From: a virus
Direction: 5' to 3' (one strand)
Length of the DNA stretch: 42,792 bases
IMG/VR virus record: IMGVR_UViG_3300002461_000026
Coordinates: 1 to 42,792 of that record
Below the pieces are notes generated by a model, which was given only the letters and a program-made list of their open reading frames with translations, ran no database searches and was not told the origin of the DNA. The position numbers were made by a program, and so were the translations under genes. Positions 29,646 through 38,147 of this stretch are shown piece after piece (positions within the stretch are counted from its first letter, which is position 1; every line of letters begins with the position of its first letter).

Positions 29646-32063
29646 TTATGCGACTTTGGATTTCTTGAACATGGAAGGACCCGCCTCGACCTCTGCCGGG
29701 AAGGGCAGGCCCAAGTCGTAGCCGTACTGCTTGAAGAACTCAGGCAGCGATTCCATGATGTACTTGATTGCAGCAGCAACCTCGGCCAGCACACTGAGGT
29801 GGCAGTCGAAGTACAGCGCATCGTGCACTTGGTTGATGATGAACACGCGACCGTTGAAGAAGTCCCGCGACACGAGCCAGCGCATCACCTGACCGGCGAT
29901 GCCCTGCACGAAGAAGCCGGACTCCCCTTGGATGGGGTAGTTCCGCATCTGCGTCGGCTTGAACTCCATCACTTCGATGCGTTGGCCGTTCACCCACTTG
30001 ACCTTCGGGAACTCGCGGAACTCGAACGTAGTGCCGCTCGGGCTGGTCCACGTGCCGCGACGGTACACACGCCACACGCCACCGTCGCCCTGCTCACGGT
30101 GTGTGGTCGCAGTGCGCTCGACTTCTGCGAAGATTTTGTCCTCGTAGAACGACTCGACGCCGGGGAACAGCGCCTTCTCTTTGTCGATGAAGTCCTGCGC
30201 ATCCTCGACCGTGCAGCCTGTTGCGAACGCAATACCCATGGCCGTGGCACCGTACTGATAGGCGAACGCACGCGGCTTGATGTCGTTGCGAAGCGTCTTG
30301 TACGCCTTGTGGTCCGGGTGGTTCTCGTCCTTGACCTTCGCCAGCACGGACTCGTACGACTCGTTCAGCTTGGCCGACAGTCGCATGCTGTGCATGTCGA
30401 TGCCATCGAGCAGTGCCTTCATCAGCGCCTCGTCCTTCGAGAACGCCGCGAGCGTCACCACTTCGAGTGCGCTGTAGTCGGCCTCAATGATGGCACCGTT
30501 CTCGATGCCTGCGTTGATGTTCGCGAGGCACAGGTCGTACAGGTCCTGCGGGATCATCCCGCAGGCAAGCGCGAACGCCAGCCACAGCGGGTTGTCGAAG
30601 CGGGAGGTGAACACCTTCTTCACATCGGACGTGTCGCCACGCGGGATGTTTTGCATGTTCGGTCGGGTCGCGCTCAGCCGTGTCGTCACAGTCGCCGTAG
30701 TGTTCAGCACGTGGTACACGATGCCTTCCTCGGTCAGGTACTGCAACATCCCGGACTGCTTGAGCACGTTGCCTTCCTCGTCCAGCTTGTCACGCAGGTA
30801 GTACGTGCCCAAGTCCTTGTCGATCTTGGCGTACTTCAGCAGCGATGTCAGCAGGTTCCGCACGCCCTCGTGGAGTTCGAGGCGCTTGGACAGCACCTCG
30901 ATTGCGTCAGCGCCAGTGCTGTACACCGGGCTGTCATCGGCGAGCTTGCGCTTACCGGCGAACTCCTTCTTGAACTCGCGGGCCACCTCGGTCGGCAGCA
31001 GCTTCAGGTCAACTACCGGGCCGAGCGTGATGGTGCGGTCGTACCACTTCTGCTTCGGCGTGGTGCCTGCGATGTCGTGCACCTTCGGCTGGCCCTTGTT
31101 CTTGCCTGCCTTGAAGCGATCCGGGGCACCGTACTTCTCGACGCATGCGGCGAAGGCCACGGCGTCCATGGTGGTGCCGGTCAGCGGGTCCACGGTCGGC
31201 ACGAACACATCGTCACCGAACTTGTAGCACTCGACCTTCTCGAACTTCGGCGTAACGCCATCGTCCTCGAACCACGTGTCACGAATGCGGTACTTCACCG
31301 GACCACCGAACAGCCACGCGCTCATGTGGTAGTCCGACGAGTCCTTGAACGTCACGTACTCGGGGATGTGCGTGCGATACCCCACGAAGCCTTCAGCAAG
31401 GGTTGCGAGTGCAGCCTCTTGGTCGGCCTTCTGAGTGAACGCGATGTCGCGGTGCACGTGCAGGCCAGCGTCCATACAGAACGTGTTCGCGATCAATCCT
31501 TCCATGCGGCACAGCGCCATGTTCCACATGCCACGCTGCTGAAGCAACGCGGCCTGACCGTAGAACACGCGGCGGGTGTTGTCGATGTCGCCACCGGGGC
31601 CGATGAGGTACTGATCGTACAGCAAGTCCTTGTCGATCTCGCTGGTCAGCTTGCCCTGCTCCCACAGCAGCTTCACGCCGTCAACCTTGCGGGTGCCGCC
31701 GTACTTCGGTGCCGTCTCGTCGAGCGATGGGTACGTCTCCTGCTGGTTCGTCAGCAGGTACTCGGCGTACGCCGTGCAGAAGATGCGCCCGCCTCGCTTG
31801 AGGAACGCCATGATCTGAGGCCGCTGCTTGAACAGGAACCAGTCCATTTCAAACGCGGCGTTGTGTGCCACGAGCATCGACACGTCATCCGGGATGGCAA
31901 GCCAGTCCGCAGCGTTCGCTTCTTCTTTGCTCGTGAAGTACGTGCCGGTGATCGGACCATCGTCGATGGCCCGGCCCTCGCACACGAGGTAGTTATCGGG
32001 GTGACGTGGAGAGGCGAGCGCACCATAATGCTGGTGGTTCTCGACCTCAAGGTCAATAAACAT
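29646..32063 (-). CDS. Family A DNA polymerase (T7 gp5-like)
   Basis: Exo I FIDLEVEN, motif A ADYSALEVV, motif B RNDIKPRAFAYQYGA, motif C INQVHDALYFD. I place the start at the ATG at 32061-32063. The track extends to a GTG at 32087 that overlaps the upstream gene. Confidence 0.95.
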   Translation of the reverse strand: MFIDLEVENHQHYGALASPRHPDNYLVCEGRAIDDGPITGTYFTSKEEANAADWLAIPDDVSMLVAHNAAFEMDWFLFKQRPQIMAFLKRGGRIFCTAYAEYLLTNQQETYPSLDETAPKYGGTRKVDGVKLLWEQGKLTSEIDKDLLYDQYLIGPGGDIDNTRRVFYGQAALLQQRGMWNMALCRMEGLIANTFCMDAGLHVHRDIAFTQKADQEAALATLAEGFVGYRTHIPEYVTFKDSSDYHMSAWLFGGPVKYRIRDTWFEDDGVTPKFEKVECYKFGDDVFVPTVDPLTGTTMDAVAFAACVEKYGAPDRFKAGKNKGQPKVHDIAGTTPKQKWYDRTITLGPVVDLKLLPTEVAREFKKEFAGKRKLADDSPVYSTGADAIEVLSKRLELHEGVRNLLTSLLKYAKIDKDLGTYYLRDKLDEEGNVLKQSGMLQYLTEEGIVYHVLNTTATVTTRLSATRPNMQNIPRGDTSDVKKVFTSRFDNPLWLAFALACGMIPQDLYDLCLANINAGIENGAIIEADYSALEVVTLAAFSKDEALMKALLDGIDMHSMRLSAKLNESYESVLAKVKDENHPDHKAYKTLRNDIKPRAFAYQYGATAMGIAFATGCTVEDAQDFIDKEKALFPGVESFYEDKIFAEVERTATTHREQGDGGVWRVYRRGTWTSPSGTTFEFREFPKVKWVNGQRIEVMEFKPTQMRNYPIQGESGFFVQGIAGQVMRWLVSRDFFNGRVFIINQVHDALYFDCHLSVLAEVAAAIKYIMESLPEFFKQYGYDLGLPFPAEVEAGPSMFKKSKVA

Positions 32064-32071
32064 GATCTTGC

Positions 32072-32332
32072 TCAAGCGAGCACCCACACGATCTGGCCGT
32101 CGCGCCGCTGGCCGCTGTCCTTGATCTTCCCGCCCTTGCGAAGCTCGGCGAAGCGCGGGGTCACGCTGTTCAGCATGTTGTTACCACGTCCGCACACCTC
32201 GTGCCCCGTGGCACCTACCGGGCCTGCGGCTGTGATGATGTCCAGCACACGCTGGCGCAGGCCGATGCGCTTCGGGGCCGCTGCGCTGTGGCTCGTGTCC
32301 GGGTCAGTGTTCCTGACTGCTGAGGTTTCCAT
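32072..32332 (-). CDS. Small winged-helix-like DNA-binding protein
   Basis: 86 aa. TAAGGAG lies 5 nt upstream. The layout R-x-x-VLDIITAAGPVGATGHEV...RFAELRKGGKI...GQIVWV resembles small wHTH phage proteins. Confidence 0.8.
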   Translation of the reverse strand: METSAVRNTDPDTSHSAAAPKRIGLRQRVLDIITAAGPVGATGHEVCGRGNNMLNSVTPRFAELRKGGKIKDSGQRRDGQIVWVLA

Positions 32333-32341
32333 GTGCTCTCC

Positions 32342-32467
32342 TTACAGAAGTGAAACGAGGGTGCGCCAGATCGCCAGCTCAGCCTTACTCAGGGTGAACA
32401 GGCATTCGTCGCCGTTGGTCCAATGCCACTCGGCATTGGTGAATTTGCTTTTCCGTCCGATTATCAT
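32342..32467 (-). CDS. Possible 41-aa micro-protein coupled to ligase
   Basis: MIIGRKSKFTNAEWHWTNGDECLFTLSKAELAIWRTLVSLL. AGGAGG lies 4 nt upstream. ATGA overlap with the ligase stop. Confidence 0.5.
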   Translation of the reverse strand: MIIGRKSKFTNAEWHWTNGDECLFTLSKAELAIWRTLVSLL

Positions 32468-33408
32468 CGTGCCTCCTGTTGATTGCGCTGCTCGCACCAC
32501 TGCTGGGCCTGCTGCGCATGCGCCTGCGAGACCCGTGGAGTAGGGCGCGGGAAGCATACCTTGGCCTCGCGGATGCGGTGGAACGTGGGGTGGCGGTACC
32601 CGCCCTGCCGGTCGCGCTCCATGTAGAAGAACTCTGCCCACTGGCCGATGTACTTCTGCGGGTTCGCCAGCATGTCGCGGCCCAGTTCGTGCGGGATGCC
32701 GTGCGGGGTGGCCTTCGAGCCATCCTCCACAGCGATGTCGATGCTGGTCACACGGTCAAGCGGCTCACCGTGGATGCTCACGCCACGGTGCAGCGCGGTG
32801 ATGGTGCCGTCGCAATCGTTCTCGGGCTTCATCTTAAGCCAACCGTCGATGCGCTTTCCACGCTGGTACGTGTGCGTCAGGCTCTTGACCATCAGGCCCT
32901 CGTGCCCGGCTGCACGGGAGGCCAAGAACGCGGCATATACAGCCGCCTCATTAGCACACACCGTACCACGCGGGGCGTCGATGTTGCGGAAGTTCAGCGC
33001 ATGCGCCGTGAGAATCACTGCGTGGCGTTCCCTGTCGCGCTGCTCGTACGGGTCGCCGCACTCAGGCAGATCGAACAGCAGGAACTCGCACGGCTTGCCC
33101 TCAAGCTCAGGCGGGAAGTTCTTCGTGCTGCGCACCCAGCGGTACGAGTCGTTGAAGTTGCCGTTCGCTAGGAACCCGCAGTCGAACTCCTTCCAGCCGG
33201 TCGCCTTGGACAACTGGATGAAGTCCTCCGCCCACTGATCGAGGTTCGCCAGCGGCTTGCCGCTGAACGAGATAAAGGCCACATTGGTTTGCGATGTGGC
33301 CGGGCTGTGCTGCACGATCACATGGCAGCGAATCTCGTCGTGCTTGATCTCGGCCACGACCGGGTACACGAGCTTGTGCTTGTGCTCGGACCACACTTTA
33401 CCTTTCAT
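32464..33408 (-). CDS. ATP-dependent DNA ligase (T7 gp1.3-like)
   Basis: VAEIKHDEIR (motif I), FLLFDL, EGLMVK (motif IV) and WLKMKP (motif V) parallel T7 ligase AEIKYDGVR, EGLIVK and WWKMKP. The ATG at 33406-33408 is in an ATGA overlap. The track's upstream extension overlaps other genes. Confidence 0.85.
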   Translation of the reverse strand: MKGKVWSEHKHKLVYPVVAEIKHDEIRCHVIVQHSPATSQTNVAFISFSGKPLANLDQWAEDFIQLSKATGWKEFDCGFLANGNFNDSYRWVRSTKNFPPELEGKPCEFLLFDLPECGDPYEQRDRERHAVILTAHALNFRNIDAPRGTVCANEAAVYAAFLASRAAGHEGLMVKSLTHTYQRGKRIDGWLKMKPENDCDGTITALHRGVSIHGEPLDRVTSIDIAVEDGSKATPHGIPHELGRDMLANPQKYIGQWAEFFYMERDRQGGYRHPTFHRIREAKVCFPRPTPRVSQAHAQQAQQWCEQRNQQEAR

Positions 33409-33536
33409 GAGCGACACTGGAGTTCCTTTCGCGGGGTGTAGTGGCCCCAGAAGAAGTGATACGGACGCGACGGGATCGCCTCGACCAGAAGGACGAGGCC
33501 AGAGCCGAAGCGCCACACGGTGAACTGGTTCATCAT
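33405..33536 (-). CDS. Possible 43-aa micro-protein between helicase and ligase
   Basis: MMNQFTVWRFGSGLVLLVEAIPSRPYHFFWGHYTPRKELQCRS. ATGA overlaps at both ends (helicase stop and ligase start). Confidence 0.45.
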   Translation of the reverse strand: MMNQFTVWRFGSGLVLLVEAIPSRPYHFFWGHYTPRKELQCRS

Positions 33537-34807
33537 GTTGCGCCCGCCCCATCGTTGAAGACGCAGCGCGAGCCGTCGAAGTAAAGTTCCGCCTGCACTT
33601 GGCTGGGTTTGCCGGGTGCTGCGAACTTGTTCTTCACCGTGCTGATGCCGCGCAGTGACTGCGCCTCGGCCATGTCGAGAGCACCCATCATCAGGATCAC
33701 ATCGGTCGCACCCTGAATGCCGGTCTTGCTGTCCTTCATGGCGCTGTACGGCGGGTACAGCATGTTCCCACCCTCGGCGCTGATCTGCACCGTGGCGATG
33801 CCGATGGCCTCGTGACGCACCATGATCTCGCGCCACTCCTGCCACAACTGCTCCACACCGTCCGCTTTGTTCGCGCCGTTCTGCGGGCCGCCGAGTCGGA
33901 AGTTCGCCAGCATGTCAGCGACCACAACGGCGGGCCGCTGCTGCTCGATGATCTGCTCGACTTGGGCCATGCTCGCACCGTGCATGTCCTTGATGCGGAT
34001 CATGTCCCAGCTACCGATGGCGGCAGCGTACGCGGCGTCCAACTCGTTCGCGTTCGACATCGCCATGATCTCATTCAGGTCCTTGCCGAGCGCGGCTTGG
34101 TACACACGCGGGATGATGCGCTTGCCGGGGCCTTCGTTGTTCAGCCACAGGATCGGGCGCTCGCCGCCGTACATCTGATGCACCTGCGGTGCGAAGTCCG
34201 TGAGGATCGCGGCCACGAGCGATGTCTTGCCCTTGTCAGGCCGTGCAGCAATGGCGAGAGACGCACCCGGTTGCAGGCCTAGAATATGGTCGCGAGTACA
34301 GGCCCAACGGCGCAGCTTGAGGCCGCTGTCGTTCGCCACCTCGGCGAGTAATTCGCGGATGTTCGTGCGGATGTAGTCTTCACCAGTGCTGACGGCCTTC
34401 TGACGCACAGCAGCCTGCGCGAGCCTGCTGAGTTCGTACGCTAGGTCGATCTCCTCGCCCGCTTGGTAGCGTTCGATGAGTGCTGCCGAGCGCCCGCTAA
34501 GGTCAAGCTCGACAAGCTGGCCGAGTATGCCGTTCAGCGCCACATCGTCAGGCTTCTTGCGAAGCTGCTCGGTGAGGTGCATCGTAATCGCCATGGACTC
34601 AGGGGATGCGTTGCCAGATCGCAGGCGGATGAGCGACTGCAATTCGTCCACGTCCACACGCTCCCGCTCAGGGAACGCGGCGAAGTACGCAGCATACCAC
34701 TGAAGCAGGGCGGAGGTATCGGGCGCGAGCATCCCCTGCGGCACCGCATGACGCAGTGAGTTGTGCTTTACCTTGTCGGAAAGCGCATGCAGTAATAGGG
34801 CGTCCAA
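33533..34807 (-). CDS. DnaB-like replicative helicase (T7 gp4 helicase-domain-like)
   Basis: Walker A in AARPDKGKTSLVAA, Walker B-like PAVVVADML, RecA-type core. TTG start 5-6 nt after GAAGGA. Confidence 0.9.
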   Translation of the reverse strand: MDALLLHALSDKVKHNSLRHAVPQGMLAPDTSALLQWYAAYFAAFPERERVDVDELQSLIRLRSGNASPESMAITMHLTEQLRKKPDDVALNGILGQLVELDLSGRSAALIERYQAGEEIDLAYELSRLAQAAVRQKAVSTGEDYIRTNIRELLAEVANDSGLKLRRWACTRDHILGLQPGASLAIAARPDKGKTSLVAAILTDFAPQVHQMYGGERPILWLNNEGPGKRIIPRVYQAALGKDLNEIMAMSNANELDAAYAAAIGSWDMIRIKDMHGASMAQVEQIIEQQRPAVVVADMLANFRLGGPQNGANKADGVEQLWQEWREIMVRHEAIGIATVQISAEGGNMLYPPYSAMKDSKTGIQGATDVILMMGALDMAEAQSLRGISTVKNKFAAPGKPSQVQAELYFDGSRCVFNDGAGAT

Positions 34808-34808
34808 T

Positions 34809-34922
34809 TTATTCCTTCCAGATTCTGTTGTTCGCTATGTCCGAGACAACGGACTGATCGACGCCATAGAGCCCGGCAAGGGCACGCCCGCCGACAAGGC
34901 CGTGGCCGATGCATGCGTCCAT
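34809..34922 (-). CDS. Possible 37-aa HTH-like peptide (orphan or remnant)
   Basis: Read by hand: MDACIGHGLVGGRALAGLYGVDQSVVSDIANNRIWKE. The ATG shares a base with the upstream TGA, and the TAA lies 1 nt before the helicase TTG. G/C-ending codons. Confidence 0.4.
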   Translation of the reverse strand: MDACIGHGLVGGRALAGLYGVDQSVVSDIANNRIWKE

Positions 34923-35236
34923 CAGTCAGCCAGCCCGGCGAGCTGGAGCTCGACCTGGTCGTACGCGGGGCCGCTGATGTCGCGGGCCGTGTACGCTCCA
35001 CGTGCGGCACGCAGCAGCACATCGCGGATGTTCGCGAGTTGTGGGGCCATGGTCCGCTTCGGGACGGCCCAGTACGTGATGTTCAGTTCGAGCGCGGCCC
35101 GCGCCACCACGGGGACCGGAAGGTTCAGGGTGCTGAGCTTGTTCAGGCTCGGGGTGTGCATGAGGTACGCGCCCTCGCCTTGGCGCAGCACGCTGTACGG
35201 GTAGGAGCCCTTGTCGTGTTCAAAGTTGCCGTTCAT
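34922..35236 (-). CDS. Hypothetical protein (104 aa)
   Basis: Internal ATG of track ORF 34922..35542 at 35234-35236, with AAGGA 6 nt upstream. The TAA of the preceding gene lies in the spacer. Confidence 0.7.
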   Translation of the reverse strand: MNGNFEHDKGSYPYSVLRQGEGAYLMHTPSLNKLSTLNLPVPVVARAALELNITYWAVPKRTMAPQLANIRDVLLRAARGAYTARDISGPAYDQVELQLAGLAD

Positions 35237-35237
35237 G

Positions 35238-35570
35238 TTAGTCCTTTCGGGTTGTGGTGATGATGCGCGGCCATCCGCTCTCGGTGGTGATGCTTGCCAT
35301 CGCGGCTTGCTCGGTCGGGTTGTCGCGCATGAACTGCTCCAACACCTCTTTGATCGGCACAGGTTTGTCGTTCCTCCGGCCGATGGGGATGAGGTACTCG
35401 TACACACGCACGACCTCATCGTACTGCCGCCAGATGCCTTGCGCATCGTACCGGGTATGCCCCTCGCAGTGCGCCTCCAGCAGGCGCAGCGTCGGGCGCA
35501 CGATGCACCCAACGGGAAAGTACAGGCGCAGGATGCGGACATCCTGAACGCTGTGTGTGAACTGATTCAT
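35238..35570 (-). CDS. Hypothetical protein (110 aa)
   Basis: ATGA overlap with the primase stop. ORF track. Confidence 0.75.
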   Translation of the reverse strand: MNQFTHSVQDVRILRLYFPVGCIVRPTLRLLEAHCEGHTRYDAQGIWRQYDEVVRVYEYLIPIGRRNDKPVPIKEVLEQFMRDNPTEQAAMASITTESGWPRIITTTRKD

Positions 35571-36331
35571 TCCAAAACCTCCTTGATGAGTGCCCGAATT
35601 GCCGCGCAGTCCATGTCCTTGGGGTCGCGCCCTTCAGGCGGGCGGGCGCGGTACTGCTTCACGCCGAACGGGCGCATCTTGTGTAGGGCATCGACGTACC
35701 CGTCATCCCCAGCCTTGTCGCCATCGTAGGCCCACACAAGCCGGGAGCATTTCATCAGTGCGAGTACAGCGGCCTCGTGCACGCCAGCGCCTAGCGTACA
35801 ACAAACGGCGATAGGCGTCCCACGCAGTGCAAAGGACACCTTGTACATGCTGAAGAGGTCTTCAGTCAGCACTGTCGTTTCAGCAGGCACGCCTACAAAG
35901 CGTGCCCCATCGTAGTTCAGCCACTTGCGGCCGCTGCGCCCCGTGAGGTCTCGGCCATGCCAGCCACCTGCCGGGTCTTGCAGAAGCATGCGCTTGGCAC
36001 GCACGCTGTACCACAGGTCCGGGAGGTACGGGTACATCATCCCCTTGGACGCAAGGAAAGCACCCACCACGCCCTCGCAGTCTGATCCGAATACCCTCGC
36101 TAGGTCGGTGGGCCGTTCGAGGCTTGTAGCCCGTTCTACGGGGCCGCCGAGCAGCACGTGGTCCTTCATGAGTACCCCACCCTCTTTGCAAGCCTGGCAG
36201 TAGCACCAGTACCTGTCGCGGGCGTTCTCGATAATCATGTTTGCCCGGCTCTCCCTACGGTGGCGCACACGCATACGCATGCCCACGTGCAGGCGCTTGG
36301 CCTGCTCAAGCCACTCGGCGTGTGGGAGCAT
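35567..36331 (-). CDS. DNA primase (zinc-ribbon plus TOPRIM)
   Basis: WCYCQACKEGG zinc-binding element, and TOPRIM residues in VLTEDLFSMYK and WAYDGDKAGDDG. AAGGA upstream. Confidence 0.9.
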   Translation of the reverse strand: MLPHAEWLEQAKRLHVGMRMRVRHRRESRANMIIENARDRYWCYCQACKEGGVLMKDHVLLGGPVERATSLERPTDLARVFGSDCEGVVGAFLASKGMMYPYLPDLWYSVRAKRMLLQDPAGGWHGRDLTGRSGRKWLNYDGARFVGVPAETTVLTEDLFSMYKVSFALRGTPIAVCCTLGAGVHEAAVLALMKCSRLVWAYDGDKAGDDGYVDALHKMRPFGVKQYRARPPEGRDPKDMDCAAIRALIKEVLE

Positions 36332-36704
36332 TGAGTTCCTTTCGACGTGCGAGTACAGCGGCGTTCGCGAGTTCCGCAGTTGCGTGCCGCCCGCAGTTGA
36401 TGGTCACACCACGCAGCACGAACTGCCCACGATACTGACCGGTCTGCTTGTCGAGATACACGCAGTTAAATCCGCTTGCATTATGCGCAGCCAGACTTGC
36501 AGTACCCAGCCGCACATTATCCGCATGCGGGATACACTTCAGGTTCTCCATGCGGTCATCGCCGGGCGTATCGTTTTCATGATCTACCGTGTAGCCTTCC
36601 GGGATTGGGCCGTGCTCCTGCACCCACATCCATCGGTGGCGGTACCAGCGCACGCCGTCAACGTCCCCGTGGTAATAGCCATCGGGCCTTCGCGTCCACT
36701 TCAT
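36306..36704 (-). CDS. HNH homing endonuclease with AP2-like DNA-binding domain
   Basis: YRHRWMWVQEHGPIPEGYTVDHENDTPGDDRMENLKCIPHADN is an HNH_3-type signature. GFNCVYLDKQTGQYRGQFVLRGVTINCGRHATAELA looks like an AP2 domain. AAGGAG upstream. The 3' end overlaps the primase start by 26 nt. Confidence 0.9.
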   Translation of the reverse strand: MKWTRRPDGYYHGDVDGVRWYRHRWMWVQEHGPIPEGYTVDHENDTPGDDRMENLKCIPHADNVRLGTASLAAHNASGFNCVYLDKQTGQYRGQFVLRGVTINCGRHATAELANAAVLARRKELNAPTRRVA

Positions 36705-36722
36705 AATGTTCTCCTTGTATGC

Positions 36723-36775
36723 AGAAGCGCCCGCTTCCGAGCAGGCGCTTCAACCTACAGCCGGGCTGTACCCGG
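36723..36775 (-). other. Two GC-rich hairpins in the gap upstream of the HNH gene
   Basis: GAAGCGCC (36723-36730) pairs with GGCGCTTC (36743-36750). GCCGGG (36759-36764) pairs with CCCGGC (36770-36775). No U-tract follows either. Possible RNA-processing, stability or promoter region. Confidence 0.3.
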
Positions 36776-36782
36776 CAGCGGC

Positions 36783-37166
36783 TTACTCGGCCTGCGCCTC
36801 AGCGGCGGGCAGGCGAACCTTGCTGGCCTTGACCACGGCGATGTCGGCCTCGAAGCCGGTGCCGTACGTGACCTTGAACGACTTCGAGCCGTCTTCGTCA
36901 TCACGCACGCCGACAACGGTGGCTTGCACTTCCTTGGCGGCTTCCTTCTTGCCCACCGTGATGAGCACGACGGTGCCCACGCTGATGCTGGCAAGGCTGT
37001 CGATGGCGTTGATCTCGGCGACGACTGCGGTCAGTTCGTCACGGATTTCGGCGGCCTTGGCGAACAGCTTGTTGTACTTCGCGAGCAGCTTCTCACGCGG
37101 CGACAACGCAACTTCAGGTGCGGGTGCAGCGGCGTCGGCGGTGGGGTTCTGGATGGCTTCGGTCAT
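36783..37166 (-). CDS. Hypothetical protein (127 aa, mildly acidic)
   Basis: AAGGAA upstream. ORF track. No motif recognised. Confidence 0.8.
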   Translation of the reverse strand: MTEAIQNPTADAAAPAPEVALSPREKLLAKYNKLFAKAAEIRDELTAVVAEINAIDSLASISVGTVVLITVGKKEAAKEVQATVVGVRDDEDGSKSFKVTYGTGFEADIAVVKASKVRLPAAEAQAE

Positions 37167-37200
37167 GGGTTCCTTTCGATTGGTGGGATGTTCTGTGTTC

Positions 37201-37220
37201 GCCCGGCACGATGGCCGGGC
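37201..37220 (-). other. GC-rich hairpin after gene 37236..37502
   Basis: GCCCGGC (37201-37207) pairs with GCCGGGC (37214-37220), with a 6-nt loop and no U-tract. Confidence 0.3.
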
Positions 37221-37235
37221 TAGGCCACAGCAGCC

Positions 37236-37502
37236 TTATTGCGGGTAGAAGTCGGGCAGGTCGTCGAGGTCGGCCTCGGCCTTGGTACGCACGCTGTGTG
37301 CGTTCGCGGCGGCGTCACCGTGGGCTCGGATGTAGTCGCCGAGTCGGTTCTGCTCGGCGACGATGACACCGCGCTGGGCCTTGATTCGGTCTTGCGACAC
37401 GGCCACGGCCTGCTCGGCATGTGCAACCTCGCGGATGATGGCCGCTCGGTACAGTTGCACGAAGAAGATGACGACCTCGCGGAGGATGGTGCGGATGCTC
37501 AT
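37236..37502 (-). CDS. Hypothetical protein (88 aa, hydrophobic N-terminus then coiled-coil-like)
   Basis: Internal ATG of track ORF 37236..37652 at 37500-37502, with AAGGGA upstream. The upstream gene stops at 37514. Confidence 0.65.
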   Translation of the reverse strand: MSIRTILREVVIFFVQLYRAAIIREVAHAEQAVAVSQDRIKAQRGVIVAEQNRLGDYIRAHGDAAANAHSVRTKAEADLDDLPDFYPQ

Positions 37503-37513
37503 GATGTTCCCTT

Positions 37514-37807
37514 TCAGAAGAAGATGCGACGGGGGGTGCTGCGCATGGCAGCGGCGAAGGCACGGGCGCTGCCCGGCAGTGCGTTGACGATGGCCTCGGG
37601 GTTCGGTCCAAGGGCCACGGCCTCGGGAGTGCCGGGGGCTGGGCGCAGGCACCCAATCCGCAGCAGCAGGCCCTGTAGCAGGCCGTTCGCGGCGAACTGC
37701 GCGGCCTTGTTGTTCACGAACGCATGCGCAGTACTCTGCGGGAAGTTCGAGCGGTCGCCAGCGTGGCGGCTCCAGCGTGTGGCGAAACTCATGTTGTGTT
37801 TACGCAT
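37514..37807 (-). CDS. Hypothetical protein (97 aa)
   Basis: ORF track. AAGGAA lies 9 nt upstream of the ATG. Confidence 0.65.
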   Translation of the reverse strand: MRKHNMSFATRWSRHAGDRSNFPQSTAHAFVNNKAAQFAANGLLQGLLLRIGCLRPAPGTPEAVALGPNPEAIVNALPGSARAFAAAMRSTPRRIFF

Positions 37808-37821
37808 GGTGCGGGTTCCTT

Positions 37822-38145
37822 TCAGCGGGAGTACAGGTGGGCGGGCAGCTTGGAGACCTTCTCCCAGCCTTCGTGCTCGATGGTCACGAGGTTGCCGTGC
37901 GGGTATGCTCGGGCCACCTCACCAACGTACCACACGTTCGAGCGGCCCTTGCTCAGGCAGATCGCTGTGGTCTTGTCGGTGAACAGCACGACAGTCGGGT
38001 CTTCCTCGTCGCCCCACTGGCGCAGGGCGGGGTACTGCGGCGGCTTGCTCAGCGAGTCCACGATGCGCTGGAACGGGTCGGCAGCAGCGCCTCGGGCCGT
38101 GTTCGCCGGCCCAGCGATGGTTGGGGTGTGAAGTCCGAAGTACAT
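37822..38145 (-). CDS. Hypothetical protein (107 aa)
   Basis: ORF track. AAGGG lies 6 nt upstream of the ATG. Confidence 0.7.
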   Translation of the reverse strand: MYFGLHTPTIAGPANTARGAAADPFQRIVDSLSKPPQYPALRQWGDEEDPTVVLFTDKTTAICLSKGRSNVWYVGEVARAYPHGNLVTIEHEGWEKVSKLPAHLYSR

Positions 38146-38147
38146 GC

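Noticed and set aside
29799-32543. Very long plus-strand ORF (914 aa) antisense to the DNA polymerase. Other long plus-strand ORFs of the same kind include 18271..19854, 25294..26463, 39699..40856, 3050..4153, 26686..27759 and 11473..12495.
   Set aside because: Each lies exactly opposite a minus-strand gene with recognisable motifs and an RBS. They are Arg/His/Val/Leu/Gly-rich, low-complexity translations without ribosome-binding sites. This is the usual shadow-ORF effect in GC-rich DNA with G/C-ending codons.
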